Shown here: positions 1-7,626 of the stretch, piece by piece | How positions within the stretch are numbered: the first letter of the stretch is position 1 | Layout of the letters: each line of letters starts with the position of its first letter | Assembly (NCBI GenBank): GCA_964591795.1 | Contig: CAZQEL010000002.1 | Coordinates: forward strand, 6,312 to 38,311 | Source: an uncultured archaeon | Lineage (GTDB): Archaea > Iainarchaeota > Iainarchaeia > Iainarchaeales > CSSED10-239 | Direction: 5' to 3' | Length of the DNA: 32,000 nt | The notes under the pieces: generated by a model | Database searches by the model: none | What the model was told of the DNA's origin: nothing | What the model saw: the letters and a program-made list of their open reading frames with translations, nothing else | Translations under genes and position numbers: made by a program

Positions 1-1
1 T

Positions 2-511
2 TTAAAGTTAAACAAATTTAAAAAACCAGAACATTATTCTTTTGCATTCAAGAAACTTGGATTTAAAGAGCCGTTTGAGTTTGTTCGTTTGTTTTCTTAT
101 GCTGGATTTAAATCTCCTTTAAAACTCGCTAATTGTTTAAAGGTTTCAGGTTTTAAAAAATCAAAGGATTTTTCACATATTTCTAAAAGTTTAGATTTAA
201 CAGTTAAACAACAATCTAAATTTTTAAAAAAATTAGGTTTTACAAAAATTGAAGATTATGTGTCAGGTGTTTATTTAAGAAAACCAAGTATTGGTGTTTA
301 TGCTGAGTTATTTAAAATATCAGGTTTTAAGTATCCTTCAGTAATTGCAAGTGGATTTATTAAGGCAGGATACATAACACCTAAAGAGATTGTAAATGGC
401 TTAAGATTTTATGGTTTTTCTGAAAAACTTACATTTTTAACTGCTCTTCAAAATGTTGGTTTTAATGGTCACGAAGCAGTAAACACTTTAAAAGAACTAA
501 ATCTTTATTAG
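2..511 (+). CDS. hypothetical repeat protein, 5' end off-window (about eight tandem ~16-aa G-F/Y units)
   Basis: The frame stays open from base 2 to the TAA at 509-511, so the TTG at 89 in the ORF track is probably internal. The protein is a run of units such as KKLGFKEPFEFVRLF, SYAGFKSPLKLANCL, KVSGFKKSKDFSHI, KKLGFTKIEDYVSGV, KISGFKYPSVIASGF, IKAGYITPKEIVNGL, RFYGFSEKLTFLTAL and QNVGFNGHEAVNTL. No family recognised. Confidence 0.5.
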   Translation, partial: LKLNKFKKPEHYSFAFKKLGFKEPFEFVRLFSYAGFKSPLKLANCLKVSGFKKSKDFSHISKSLDLTVKQQSKFLKKLGFTKIEDYVSGVYLRKPSIGVYAELFKISGFKYPSVIASGFIKAGYITPKEIVNGLRFYGFSEKLTFLTALQNVGFNGHEAVNTLKELNLY

Positions 512-591
512 TTTTTTTTAATTGCTTGATCAACAAGCAATTATTAGTTATTATTATAAACTAGTTCTCTTATAATTATTTTAGATTAAGT

Positions 592-1380
592 ATGCCTTTA
601 TTTAAATTATCTAAAATAAATTCTTTTTTTAAAAAGAAAAGTACATCTAAAAACAACAACTCTAATATAAGTAAACTTAATATAAAAAATAAACATCTAA
701 TTACTTTTGCGCCTCATTTTGAAAAAAAAATAACAAGTGAACAAATTTCTAATTTTTGGAATAGATATTTATCAAATGGTTTTAAGGAACTACTAAAAAC
801 TAGATTAGCTAATAAAAAAACAAATCATATCTCACAGTATAATTCAAAAATGAAGATTTTACCTTTCTCATCATCTGTTGGTGTGACTGTTAGAATTTTG
901 GATTTTATTTCTCATGCCAAATATATTAAAAGATATGAAATTTTAAGTAAATATTTTAAAAATAAAAAATTAAGATATTCTAAAGTGGTTTTAGTTGACC
1001 TTTTAAGTTCCAGAAAATTAAATGATCTTCATTATGGTGTAGTAGAAAGAGTGTTTCCTTCTCTAACCATAAATGATTTAGAAATAATTTTAAAAGAGCA
1101 TACTGTTTTCAGGCCAGAAGATGTTTACTATAATAGATATAGTTCTTCTTTTATAAATAAACTTAAAGTTAATGAAATAAACCCTGCGCTTCTTTTAAAA
1201 CATCTTAAACGTGCTACTAAAGAATTATATAAAAATTCTAAAATTATTGAAAATTTTGATACTGCTAACAATAATATAGTTATTTTAGACTATAATAAAT
1301 CAAAAGGAAAATTTAAGTTTGGTTTAATTGATTTTTATGGTTCAGGTACATCCAGTTTTAGAAAAGATATTTTTAAATAG
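592..1380 (+). CDS. hypothetical Lys-rich protein, possibly a divergent kinase-like fold
   Basis: 262-aa ORF with an ATG start and TAG stop. The C-terminal region FDTANNNIVILDYNKSKGKFKFGLIDFYGSG resembles a D-x4-N catalytic loop followed by a DF[GY] motif. It resembles the 14690-15499 product in layout. The functional call is weak. Confidence 0.45.
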   Translation: MPLFKLSKINSFFKKKSTSKNNNSNISKLNIKNKHLITFAPHFEKKITSEQISNFWNRYLSNGFKELLKTRLANKKTNHISQYNSKMKILPFSSSVGVTVRILDFISHAKYIKRYEILSKYFKNKKLRYSKVVLVDLLSSRKLNDLHYGVVERVFPSLTINDLEIILKEHTVFRPEDVYYNRYSSSFINKLKVNEINPALLLKHLKRATKELYKNSKIIENFDTANNNIVILDYNKSKGKFKFGLIDFYGSGTSSFRKDIFK

Positions 1381-1875
1381 TTTTATAAGTAGTACTAAGT
1401 AACTTTCTTGATTTGCTTCTTTTATTGTACATTTAGCTAGTCTTTTCTTATTTTATTATGCTTTTAATCATTATTCCCTTACCTATGGGTAATAAGTGCT
1501 AATAAGGTTATTTTTAAAGACTTTTTATATATATTATATGTATAACTAATATAGGTATAAGAAGATGAATTTAACTAATTTTTACTCAGTGATTTTTAGA
1601 CTATTTATTACTTTTAGTGAACAGTTATTTTCCGAATATATCTCTTTAAAAACCTATTGTTTATTTTTCGAAAAAGAAAGCTTTTTAAACAAAATTGTTC
1701 CTTAATTATCTTACAGAAGACATCAGTATCCGTAATTACAAATATACAGATATTTGATCGTAAAGAATCTGCTGTATTTTTTTAACATTATTTTTTTGTT
1801 AGAAATAAAATCAATATCAAAAAAACAGATTCAGTCTTTGTTTTAAAAAAAACAAAATAAAAAGGTGAATAAAAA

Positions 1876-4341
1876 ATGAAAAATATAAATACGAAAAAAG
1901 TCATTGCTGGCGTTGCTGCATTAGGACTTTCTGCATTACTTGCAGGTTCCGTTGTTGCTGCTAACGTAGGTGCTGATAATTTCAGTATGAATATCACAAA
2001 AGACACAATGTTTAATAATGGTGTTCCTGCTGTTAGTGTTGTAGTTGGATCTATGGCACAACCAGTTGATGTAGTATGGGCTGGTAACATAGCTGCTGCA
2101 ATCGGAAAGAAAGCTTACACAACTGCAGGTACAGTTGGCGGAGCTGTTTTACAAGATGTAACAGTTGAAGTTGGTTCTTCAAGTTCTTCAACAATATCAG
2201 GTGATGGAAAATTAACTGATGATTGGACAATTGGTAGTACAAGTGTAACAGAAACAATAGATGATTCTGATTATTCATTACTTGGTGACTACGATGTATC
2301 TGTTGATGATGATATATTTGGTGATGATAGTATAAATGTAAAAGAATCTATTATATTAAAAGCAAATGTTTCTTTTGATGATGATAAAGATGTTGCTGAT
2401 TTAACTGCTGCAATACCTAAATCTGCTATAGAATACGCATTAGAATTTAATCCAGGTATTAATGATGATACAAATGATTCAGGAAGTCCAGATTTTAAAT
2501 TCAATTTAATGGGTAAACAATACACATTAGAAGATTATTCTAGTGGAACAATGACTTTAGTTCAAAATAAAGCTACAGTTCCTTACATGGTTGGAGATAC
2601 TTTTGAAATTGAAGGTTATACAATTGAAGTAAAAACAATCCTTGAAAAATCATCTGAGGGTGCAACTTACGAATCTGAAATGTCTATTAGTAAAGATGGT
2701 TCTGTATTAGCTACAAATATTTATGCTGATGGAGATAAAATTTTTGATGATTACTTAGAAATAGATACAGAAATAGATACAGTATATAATACTAGAGTAA
2801 CTGTAATTTCTGGAACTAGTGCTAGAGTTAAATTAAAAAGCGGACAAGTAATTAAAGATTTCCCTAATATCGGAGACGAATTATGGAAAGTTGCATTTAC
2901 TGGTTCTGATCCTGTTACAGTTATCACAATAACTAACGATGATTCAGATGTACAATGGAAAAATGAAGATGCATTAAGAGTTGGAGATTCAGTTGAATTA
3001 CCATTCGGATTTGCTAAAGTTGAATTTTTAGGTTTAACTAAAGAAGATTCAAAGACATTAACTGTTGAAGATGGTATGTTATCATGGACAGATTCATCAG
3101 ATGATGATCACTCAATATTTTTCTATGAACAAGATACTTCTGATTATGAAACAGGAGATAATTACACTACATCTGCTGAAATAGATGGTAAAAATCTTTA
3201 CTTCGATTTTAATACTACTGATGATCTGACTCAAGCAGATGTTGCAGAATCTGGTTATTTTACAGTACAATTAGAAGATGAAGATGGTAAATATTTATCA
3301 ACTACAGATTCATGGTCATGGGATTCTTTAGCAGCTCCAACAGCTACTGAAAAATTCTATTTTGATGGTGATGCGGTAGAGGATACTGCAACAGATTATG
3401 TTGGTTTCACAGATATAATTGTTCCATTATATAATGATGAATCAGTAAAAATTGCATATGGTGTCTATACTAAAGAAGTATCTGATGTAATTGAACAAAT
3501 TGCAATTTCATTAAAATCAACTGCAACAGGTAGTATAAACGCAAGTCCTGTTCAAAACTGGACTGTTGGAAAAACATATTACCAAATAGGTACAGATGAT
3601 TTAAATGTTTCAACTTACGTTGGTGTTTCTGATATATCTTCAATTACAGTTGCTGATGAAGATATGGATTCTATGTTTGAATTAGTTGTTACTGATAGTG
3701 TGGATACTTTTACAGCACATATTGATGCATACACTGGTGATTTAGTTAATACTGATGATTCAGATTATGATGGTGGATTAAATCAAGTTGTTTCTGCATC
3801 TGCTAATTTAGATCAAGAAAATTCAGACGATTTAACATGGGCTTATACTGCTTTCGGTACAAAGTACATGGTAGATGGTGGAATTTTTGAAGCTGAAATG
3901 CCAGAATCAAGACTTTACGGACAAATTTTCATTGGTGGAGGAATTTCTGAAGAAATGACTCTTAACGGTGGAGAATTAGTTTTAACTACTCCCGGTACAG
4001 TTGTTTCAACAGAAGACGGTATGGTTTCAGCTAAGTTAGTTTCTTCTAATGTTATAGGATCAGACGCAACTGTTGCTATGACTCCTGCTGCATGGAATGT
4101 AAACACACAAAGATTAGTATATCTTGACAATGAAGCTATGGTTCCAACTGGTGCTAAAATAATTGTTGGTGGACATTTAGTTAACTCTTTAGCTAACGGT
4201 GTTACAAACGATTACTTAACACAAGCTGGTCAATATGTTGTAGGTTCAGATGCTACTGGTAACGTTCTTGTTGCTGGTTACACTGCTGAAGATACAGCTG
4301 ACGCTGCAAAAGAATTAATAACTGTTATAGAAAACATGTAA
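1876..4341 (+). CDS. S-layer protein (Methanococcales-type N- and C-terminal blocks)
   Basis: The signal peptide is MKNINTKKVIAGVAALGLSALLAGSVVAANVGA. It is followed by VSVVVGSMAQPVDVVWAGNIAAAIGKK. The C-terminus carries KIIVGGHLVNSLA...VLVAGYTAEDTADAAKELI. These resemble the conserved S_layer_N and S_layer_C blocks of methanococcal S-layer proteins. The protein is very acidic, has no Cys and has many N-x-S/T sequons. A GGTGA Shine-Dalgarno lies 7-8 nt upstream of the ATG, and a T-rich tract follows the gene. Confidence 0.8.
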   Translation: MKNINTKKVIAGVAALGLSALLAGSVVAANVGADNFSMNITKDTMFNNGVPAVSVVVGSMAQPVDVVWAGNIAAAIGKKAYTTAGTVGGAVLQDVTVEVGSSSSSTISGDGKLTDDWTIGSTSVTETIDDSDYSLLGDYDVSVDDDIFGDDSINVKESIILKANVSFDDDKDVADLTAAIPKSAIEYALEFNPGINDDTNDSGSPDFKFNLMGKQYTLEDYSSGTMTLVQNKATVPYMVGDTFEIEGYTIEVKTILEKSSEGATYESEMSISKDGSVLATNIYADGDKIFDDYLEIDTEIDTVYNTRVTVISGTSARVKLKSGQVIKDFPNIGDELWKVAFTGSDPVTVITITNDDSDVQWKNEDALRVGDSVELPFGFAKVEFLGLTKEDSKTLTVEDGMLSWTDSSDDDHSIFFYEQDTSDYETGDNYTTSAEIDGKNLYFDFNTTDDLTQADVAESGYFTVQLEDEDGKYLSTTDSWSWDSLAAPTATEKFYFDGDAVEDTATDYVGFTDIIVPLYNDESVKIAYGVYTKEVSDVIEQIAISLKSTATGSINASPVQNWTVGKTYYQIGTDDLNVSTYVGVSDISSITVADEDMDSMFELVVTDSVDTFTAHIDAYTGDLVNTDDSDYDGGLNQVVSASANLDQENSDDLTWAYTAFGTKYMVDGGIFEAEMPESRLYGQIFIGGGISEEMTLNGGELVLTTPGTVVSTEDGMVSAKLVSSNVIGSDATVAMTPAAWNVNTQRLVYLDNEAMVPTGAKIIVGGHLVNSLANGVTNDYLTQAGQYVVGSDATGNVLVAGYTAEDTADAAKELITVIENM

Positions 4342-4343
4342 AT

Positions 4344-4391
4344 GTTTTCTTAAACTTTTATTTTTCTTTTTTTTCTTTTTTTTTATTTTTT
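4344..4391 (+). terminator. oligo-T rich tract downstream of the S-layer gene
   Basis: The sequence is ttttcttaaacttttatttttcttttttttctttttttttatttttt, immediately after the TAA. Archaeal termination uses oligo-T runs. Confidence 0.4.
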
Positions 4392-4515
4392 AACAAACTT
4401 TAAAATTCTTTATCTTTATTATTTTAAAAAAATCTATTTATAAATCTTATCTTCTTATATATTTTTTAATAAGTATTTTTACTTTTTAAAATTAAATATT
4501 AAAGAAAAATTAATC

Positions 4516-4872
4516 ATGTTTACAAAAAAACAAAAAGGTCAAGTTTCAGTTGAAATGTTAATTATTTTAGGTGTAATTATACTTGTTGCTGTTGTTTTTG
4601 TATCATATTATTTATCAGTAATAAATAAAAATATAGATAAAACAAGTAATGTTCCTACTGGAGTTCAAGTTAATAATTTAATAGAAAATAGTTTTAATAA
4701 TCCTAACCTTACTTCTGCACCTACAAGTTTAGCTACTTGTGGAAATGGAACTATTGATCCTATGGAAGTTTGTGATTATCTTATTTTCCCATTTGGATTA
4801 ACTTGCGATAATATAACTGGTGCAGGTACAACTTTAGTGTGTACTGATTGTCTTGAAATTACTTGTACTTAA
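4516..4872 (+). CDS. archaeal type IV pilin (class III signal peptide, Epd-like) with a C-terminal Cys-rich CGNG...C-D unit
   Basis: The N-terminus MFTKKQKG|QVSVEMLIILGVIILVAVVF matches the prepilin pattern (K-G, then Gln at +1, then a hydrophobic helix). The C-terminus is CGNGTIDPMEVCDY...LTCDNITGAGTTLVCTDCLEITCT. Its N-terminal 45 aa are paralogous to the 30756-31922 protein. Confidence 0.8.
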   Translation: MFTKKQKGQVSVEMLIILGVIILVAVVFVSYYLSVINKNIDKTSNVPTGVQVNNLIENSFNNPNLTSAPTSLATCGNGTIDPMEVCDYLIFPFGLTCDNITGAGTTLVCTDCLEITCT

Positions 4873-5302
4873 ATTTTAATTATTGCTTTTTATTAAAAAA
4901 AGAAAAATCGTTTTTACTAATATTAGTTTTAATCAAATAACTAGTTTATTAAAATTAGTAATTGTTAAAAAAAAGTAATTGTGAAGAATAAAATTATTTT
5001 TCTTCTTCAACTCTATTTTCTTTTATTCTCTTCATTGTTCTTGGAGAGAATGATTCTTTATACCATTTTTTCCAAATGATTAAAATATCATCATAATTAG
5101 TTTTACCGTGTTCTTGAAGATATTCTTCTTTTATAAGTAATAATTTATTATGTGCATAAACTGTGTTTTTAGCTTCCAAAAGTTCAATACAATCATTTTC
5201 GTTTGCAAAATCTACTTGGTATTTTTTTTCTTTTGCACGCATACTGATGTTATTCCACATCTCTTCAATTGTCATACCAGTAAGTTTTGATATTTTTGAA
5301 AA
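4752..5302. repeat. left copy of the ~550-bp direct repeat (pilin 3' end, spacer and ATPase 3' end)
   Basis: It aligns by eye with 7077-7626. Bases 4877-5245 look identical to 7201-7569. The differences cluster in the pilin-tail block and at 5246 and 5254. Confidence 0.9.
4994..5302 (-). pseudogene. orphan 3' fragment of the secretion ATPase gene (copy of the tail of 7318-9633)
   Basis: It translates to ...FSKISKLTGMTIEEMWNNISMRAKEKKYQVDF...ENRVEEEK. This is the last ~100 aa of the full ATPase with one substitution (MWNN versus MWDN). Homology stops abruptly at 5302. Confidence 0.85.
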
Positions 5303-5387
5303 TATAGGTGTAAATTCCTTTTTTATTAACTTATATTTATATTTTTCCTTTTCTTGACTAGTAATACCTCCAAAAAACTCCTTTTTC

Positions 5388-5405
5388 TGACTAGTATACT
5401 AGTCA
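5388..5405. promoter_or_regulatory. perfect 18-bp palindrome TGACTAGTATACTAGTCA upstream of the AAA ATPase gene, plus a half-site
   Basis: The sequence is self-complementary and lies 43 nt upstream of the ATG at 5448. An extra half-site TGACTAGTA sits at 5354-5362. It is a likely operator. Confidence 0.45.
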
Positions 5406-5447
5406 ACTTTTAGAAAGTATTATATACTATTCGGTTATAGTATTATT

Positions 5448-6785
5448 ATGCTTGACTGGAAAAACATAATTTTACAAAATCCTTGGTGGCAAGGTAAAGA
5501 AGATTATGATATTTCTAAACTTAAAAATAATAATTATTCTATTTCTAGAAAAAGTATACTTATAGCTCCTAATAAAATATATTTAATTAAAGGACCTAGA
5601 AGAGTTGGTAAAACTATTTTTTTAAAAAAAATAGCACAAGAGAATCCAAATATCTCTACTTATATAAATTTTGACACTCTTTTAAATGTTAGAATTTCTG
5701 AATTAATTAAAACTATCGAACATGATATTAAAATAAACAATAAAAAAATAATTTTACTAGATGAAATACAATCTTTAAAAGAAGGATGTTTATTTTTAAA
5801 ATCTTTAAAAGATCTAAACTTATTAAAAGATGTTTGTGTAATTGTTACTGGTTCTGATCCAAGAGCAATTGATCGTTGTAAACAATATTTAATAGGTAGA
5901 TCTGAAAAACTAAATATAATGGCTCCTTTAACTTTTAGACAATATATTTTAACTATTTTAAAAAAAGAAAATTTAATTTTGTTTAATATTATAAATAACA
6001 TTACAATTGATGCTAGTGAACCAAATTTAGATATATTTAAAAAATATAAATTAATAGAAAATTATTTTGAAGAAATTAATGATTATTTTTTTAATTATCT
6101 TTTAACAGGTGGGTTTCCTGAAGCTATTAATTCTTATTTTGAAAAAGGGTATGTAGATGAAAAGTATTATGAAGATATTGTTGAAAAAATATTTGAAAAA
6201 ATGGATAAATCTAAATCAATATCTATTTTAAAAGTTATTATTGATTCTTTATCAGGATCTATTAAATATTCTACCATTGAACAAAAAACAGGATATTCTA
6301 GAGATACAATTAAAAGTTATTTAAAAACTTTATCTGAGCTTCTAGTTGTTTTTGAAGTTAAAGAAAATAGTTCTTCAATTCTTAAAAAGTTTTATATAAA
6401 AGATCCTTTTATTATCCATTCAATTGCTAATTTATATAAAAATACAAATTATTTTGATCAAAGTAAACAACTTTTATTTAATGAACAAAAATTAGGTGTT
6501 TTTGCAGAAAATATTGTTGCTAGTCATTTACATAATCTTTACAATCTCGATCTTTCTTATTATAACGTAGATAAAAAAGAAATTGATTTTATTGTTTTAA
6601 AAAAAGCAATAGAAGTAAAATATAGGAACACATTAGTTAAACCAAATTATGTTGATTTTATAGATGAATACTTGATATTATCAAAATCAGTTTTGCCACC
6701 CGGAGATGTTATGATAGAAAATAGATTAGTTATACCTGTTTGTATTTTTTTAAGTCTTTTGGAAGTTCCAAAATATTTTTTGTGA
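5448..6785 (+). CDS. AAA+ ATPase (AAA_14) with a DUF4143 / PD-(D/E)xK-like C-terminal domain
   Basis: The N-terminus carries NPWWQGKEDYD. Walker A is GPRRVGKT and Walker B is ILLDEIQ. The C-terminus KEIDFIVLKKAIEVKY gives a D...E-x-K nuclease-like motif. This is the typical archaeal/bacterial ATP-binding protein of the DUF4143 family. Confidence 0.8.
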   Translation: MLDWKNIILQNPWWQGKEDYDISKLKNNNYSISRKSILIAPNKIYLIKGPRRVGKTIFLKKIAQENPNISTYINFDTLLNVRISELIKTIEHDIKINNKKIILLDEIQSLKEGCLFLKSLKDLNLLKDVCVIVTGSDPRAIDRCKQYLIGRSEKLNIMAPLTFRQYILTILKKENLILFNIINNITIDASEPNLDIFKKYKLIENYFEEINDYFFNYLLTGGFPEAINSYFEKGYVDEKYYEDIVEKIFEKMDKSKSISILKVIIDSLSGSIKYSTIEQKTGYSRDTIKSYLKTLSELLVVFEVKENSSSILKKFYIKDPFIIHSIANLYKNTNYFDQSKQLLFNEQKLGVFAENIVASHLHNLYNLDLSYYNVDKKEIDFIVLKKAIEVKYRNTLVKPNYVDFIDEYLILSKSVLPPGDVMIENRLVIPVCIFLSLLEVPKYFL

Positions 6786-7076
6786 TTTTAAATGGGTTTA
6801 AATTCAATTGTATTTAAAATATTTTTTTTATTTTTTTTATTAATAAACTGATTAGTTGAATTATTATAATACTTAATTTTAGGAGTAATTAGTATTTGTT
6901 CATAATAATGAATAAAAAATAGTGTATTTTGTTCACCCCTCTTGATCAATTTTAAAACTTTTTGTTTATATATATCTTTTATAGATTAAGATATATTGGT
7001 AAAACTGTTCTGTTATTACAATTATTTTTAATTTAATAGATTTTGATTTAATTTCAACTAATTATATAAATAAAGT

Positions 7077-7626
7077 TATTGATCCTATGGAAGTTTGTGA
7101 TGATACTAATTTTCCAATAGGTATTACTTGTACTTATGTTGTTAGTTCTGGTACAACTTTAGTGTGTACTGATTGTCTAGAAATTACTTGTAGTTAATTA
7201 TAATTATTGCTTTTTATTAAAAAAAGAAAAATCGTTTTTACTAATATTAGTTTTAATCAAATAACTAGTTTATTAAAATTAGTAATTGTTAAAAAAAAGT
7301 AATTGTGAAGAATAAAATTATTTTTCTTCTTCAACTCTATTTTCTTTTATTCTCTTCATTGTTCTTGGAGAGAATGATTCTTTATACCATTTTTTCCAAA
7401 TGATTAAAATATCATCATAATTAGTTTTACCGTGTTCTTGAAGATATTCTTCTTTTATAAGTAATAATTTATTATGTGCATAAACTGTGTTTTTAGCTTC
7501 CAAAAGTTCAATACAATCATTTTCGTTTGCAAAATCTACTTGGTATTTTTTTTCTTTTGCACGCATACTTATGTTATCCCACATCTCTTCAATTGTCATA
7601 CCAGTAAGTTTTGATATTTTTGAAAA
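7077..7626. repeat. right copy of the ~550-bp direct repeat
   Basis: See 4752-5302. This copy is continuous with the full-length ATPase gene. Confidence 0.9.
7081..7197 (+). pseudogene. promoter-less 3' fragment of a variant pilin gene
   Basis: It reads DPMEVCDDTNFPIGITCTYVVSSGTTLVCTDCLEITCS*. The full pilin reads DPMEVCDYLIFPFGLTCDNITGAGTTLVCTDCLEITCT*. The ends are conserved and the central 16 aa differ. The frame is open back to 7003, but there is no Met and no class III signal peptide. Confidence 0.8.

Larger units (their letters stand above)
5303..7076. mobile_element. unique segment inserted between the two repeat copies (carries the AAA_14/DUF4143 gene)
   Basis: It is bounded on both sides by the ~550-bp direct repeat. 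No integrase, transposase or terminal inverted repeat is seen. Mobility is inferred only from the architecture. Confidence 0.35.

Noticed and set aside
1788-4130. ORFs antisense to, or out of frame within, the S-layer gene (1788-2090, 2051-2278, 2289-2525, 3915-4130)
   Set aside because: They lie fully inside a strongly supported 821-aa gene. Their translations are low-complexity, Leu/Ser/Gln-rich mirror images with no motifs. They are typical shadow ORFs.
4752-7197. A diversity-generating retroelement (TR/VR pair) as the explanation for the variable pilin tail
   Set aside because: Codon-by-codon comparison of the 57-nt variable block shows mismatches of all types, not confined to adenines of one copy. 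No reverse transcriptase is present in the window.
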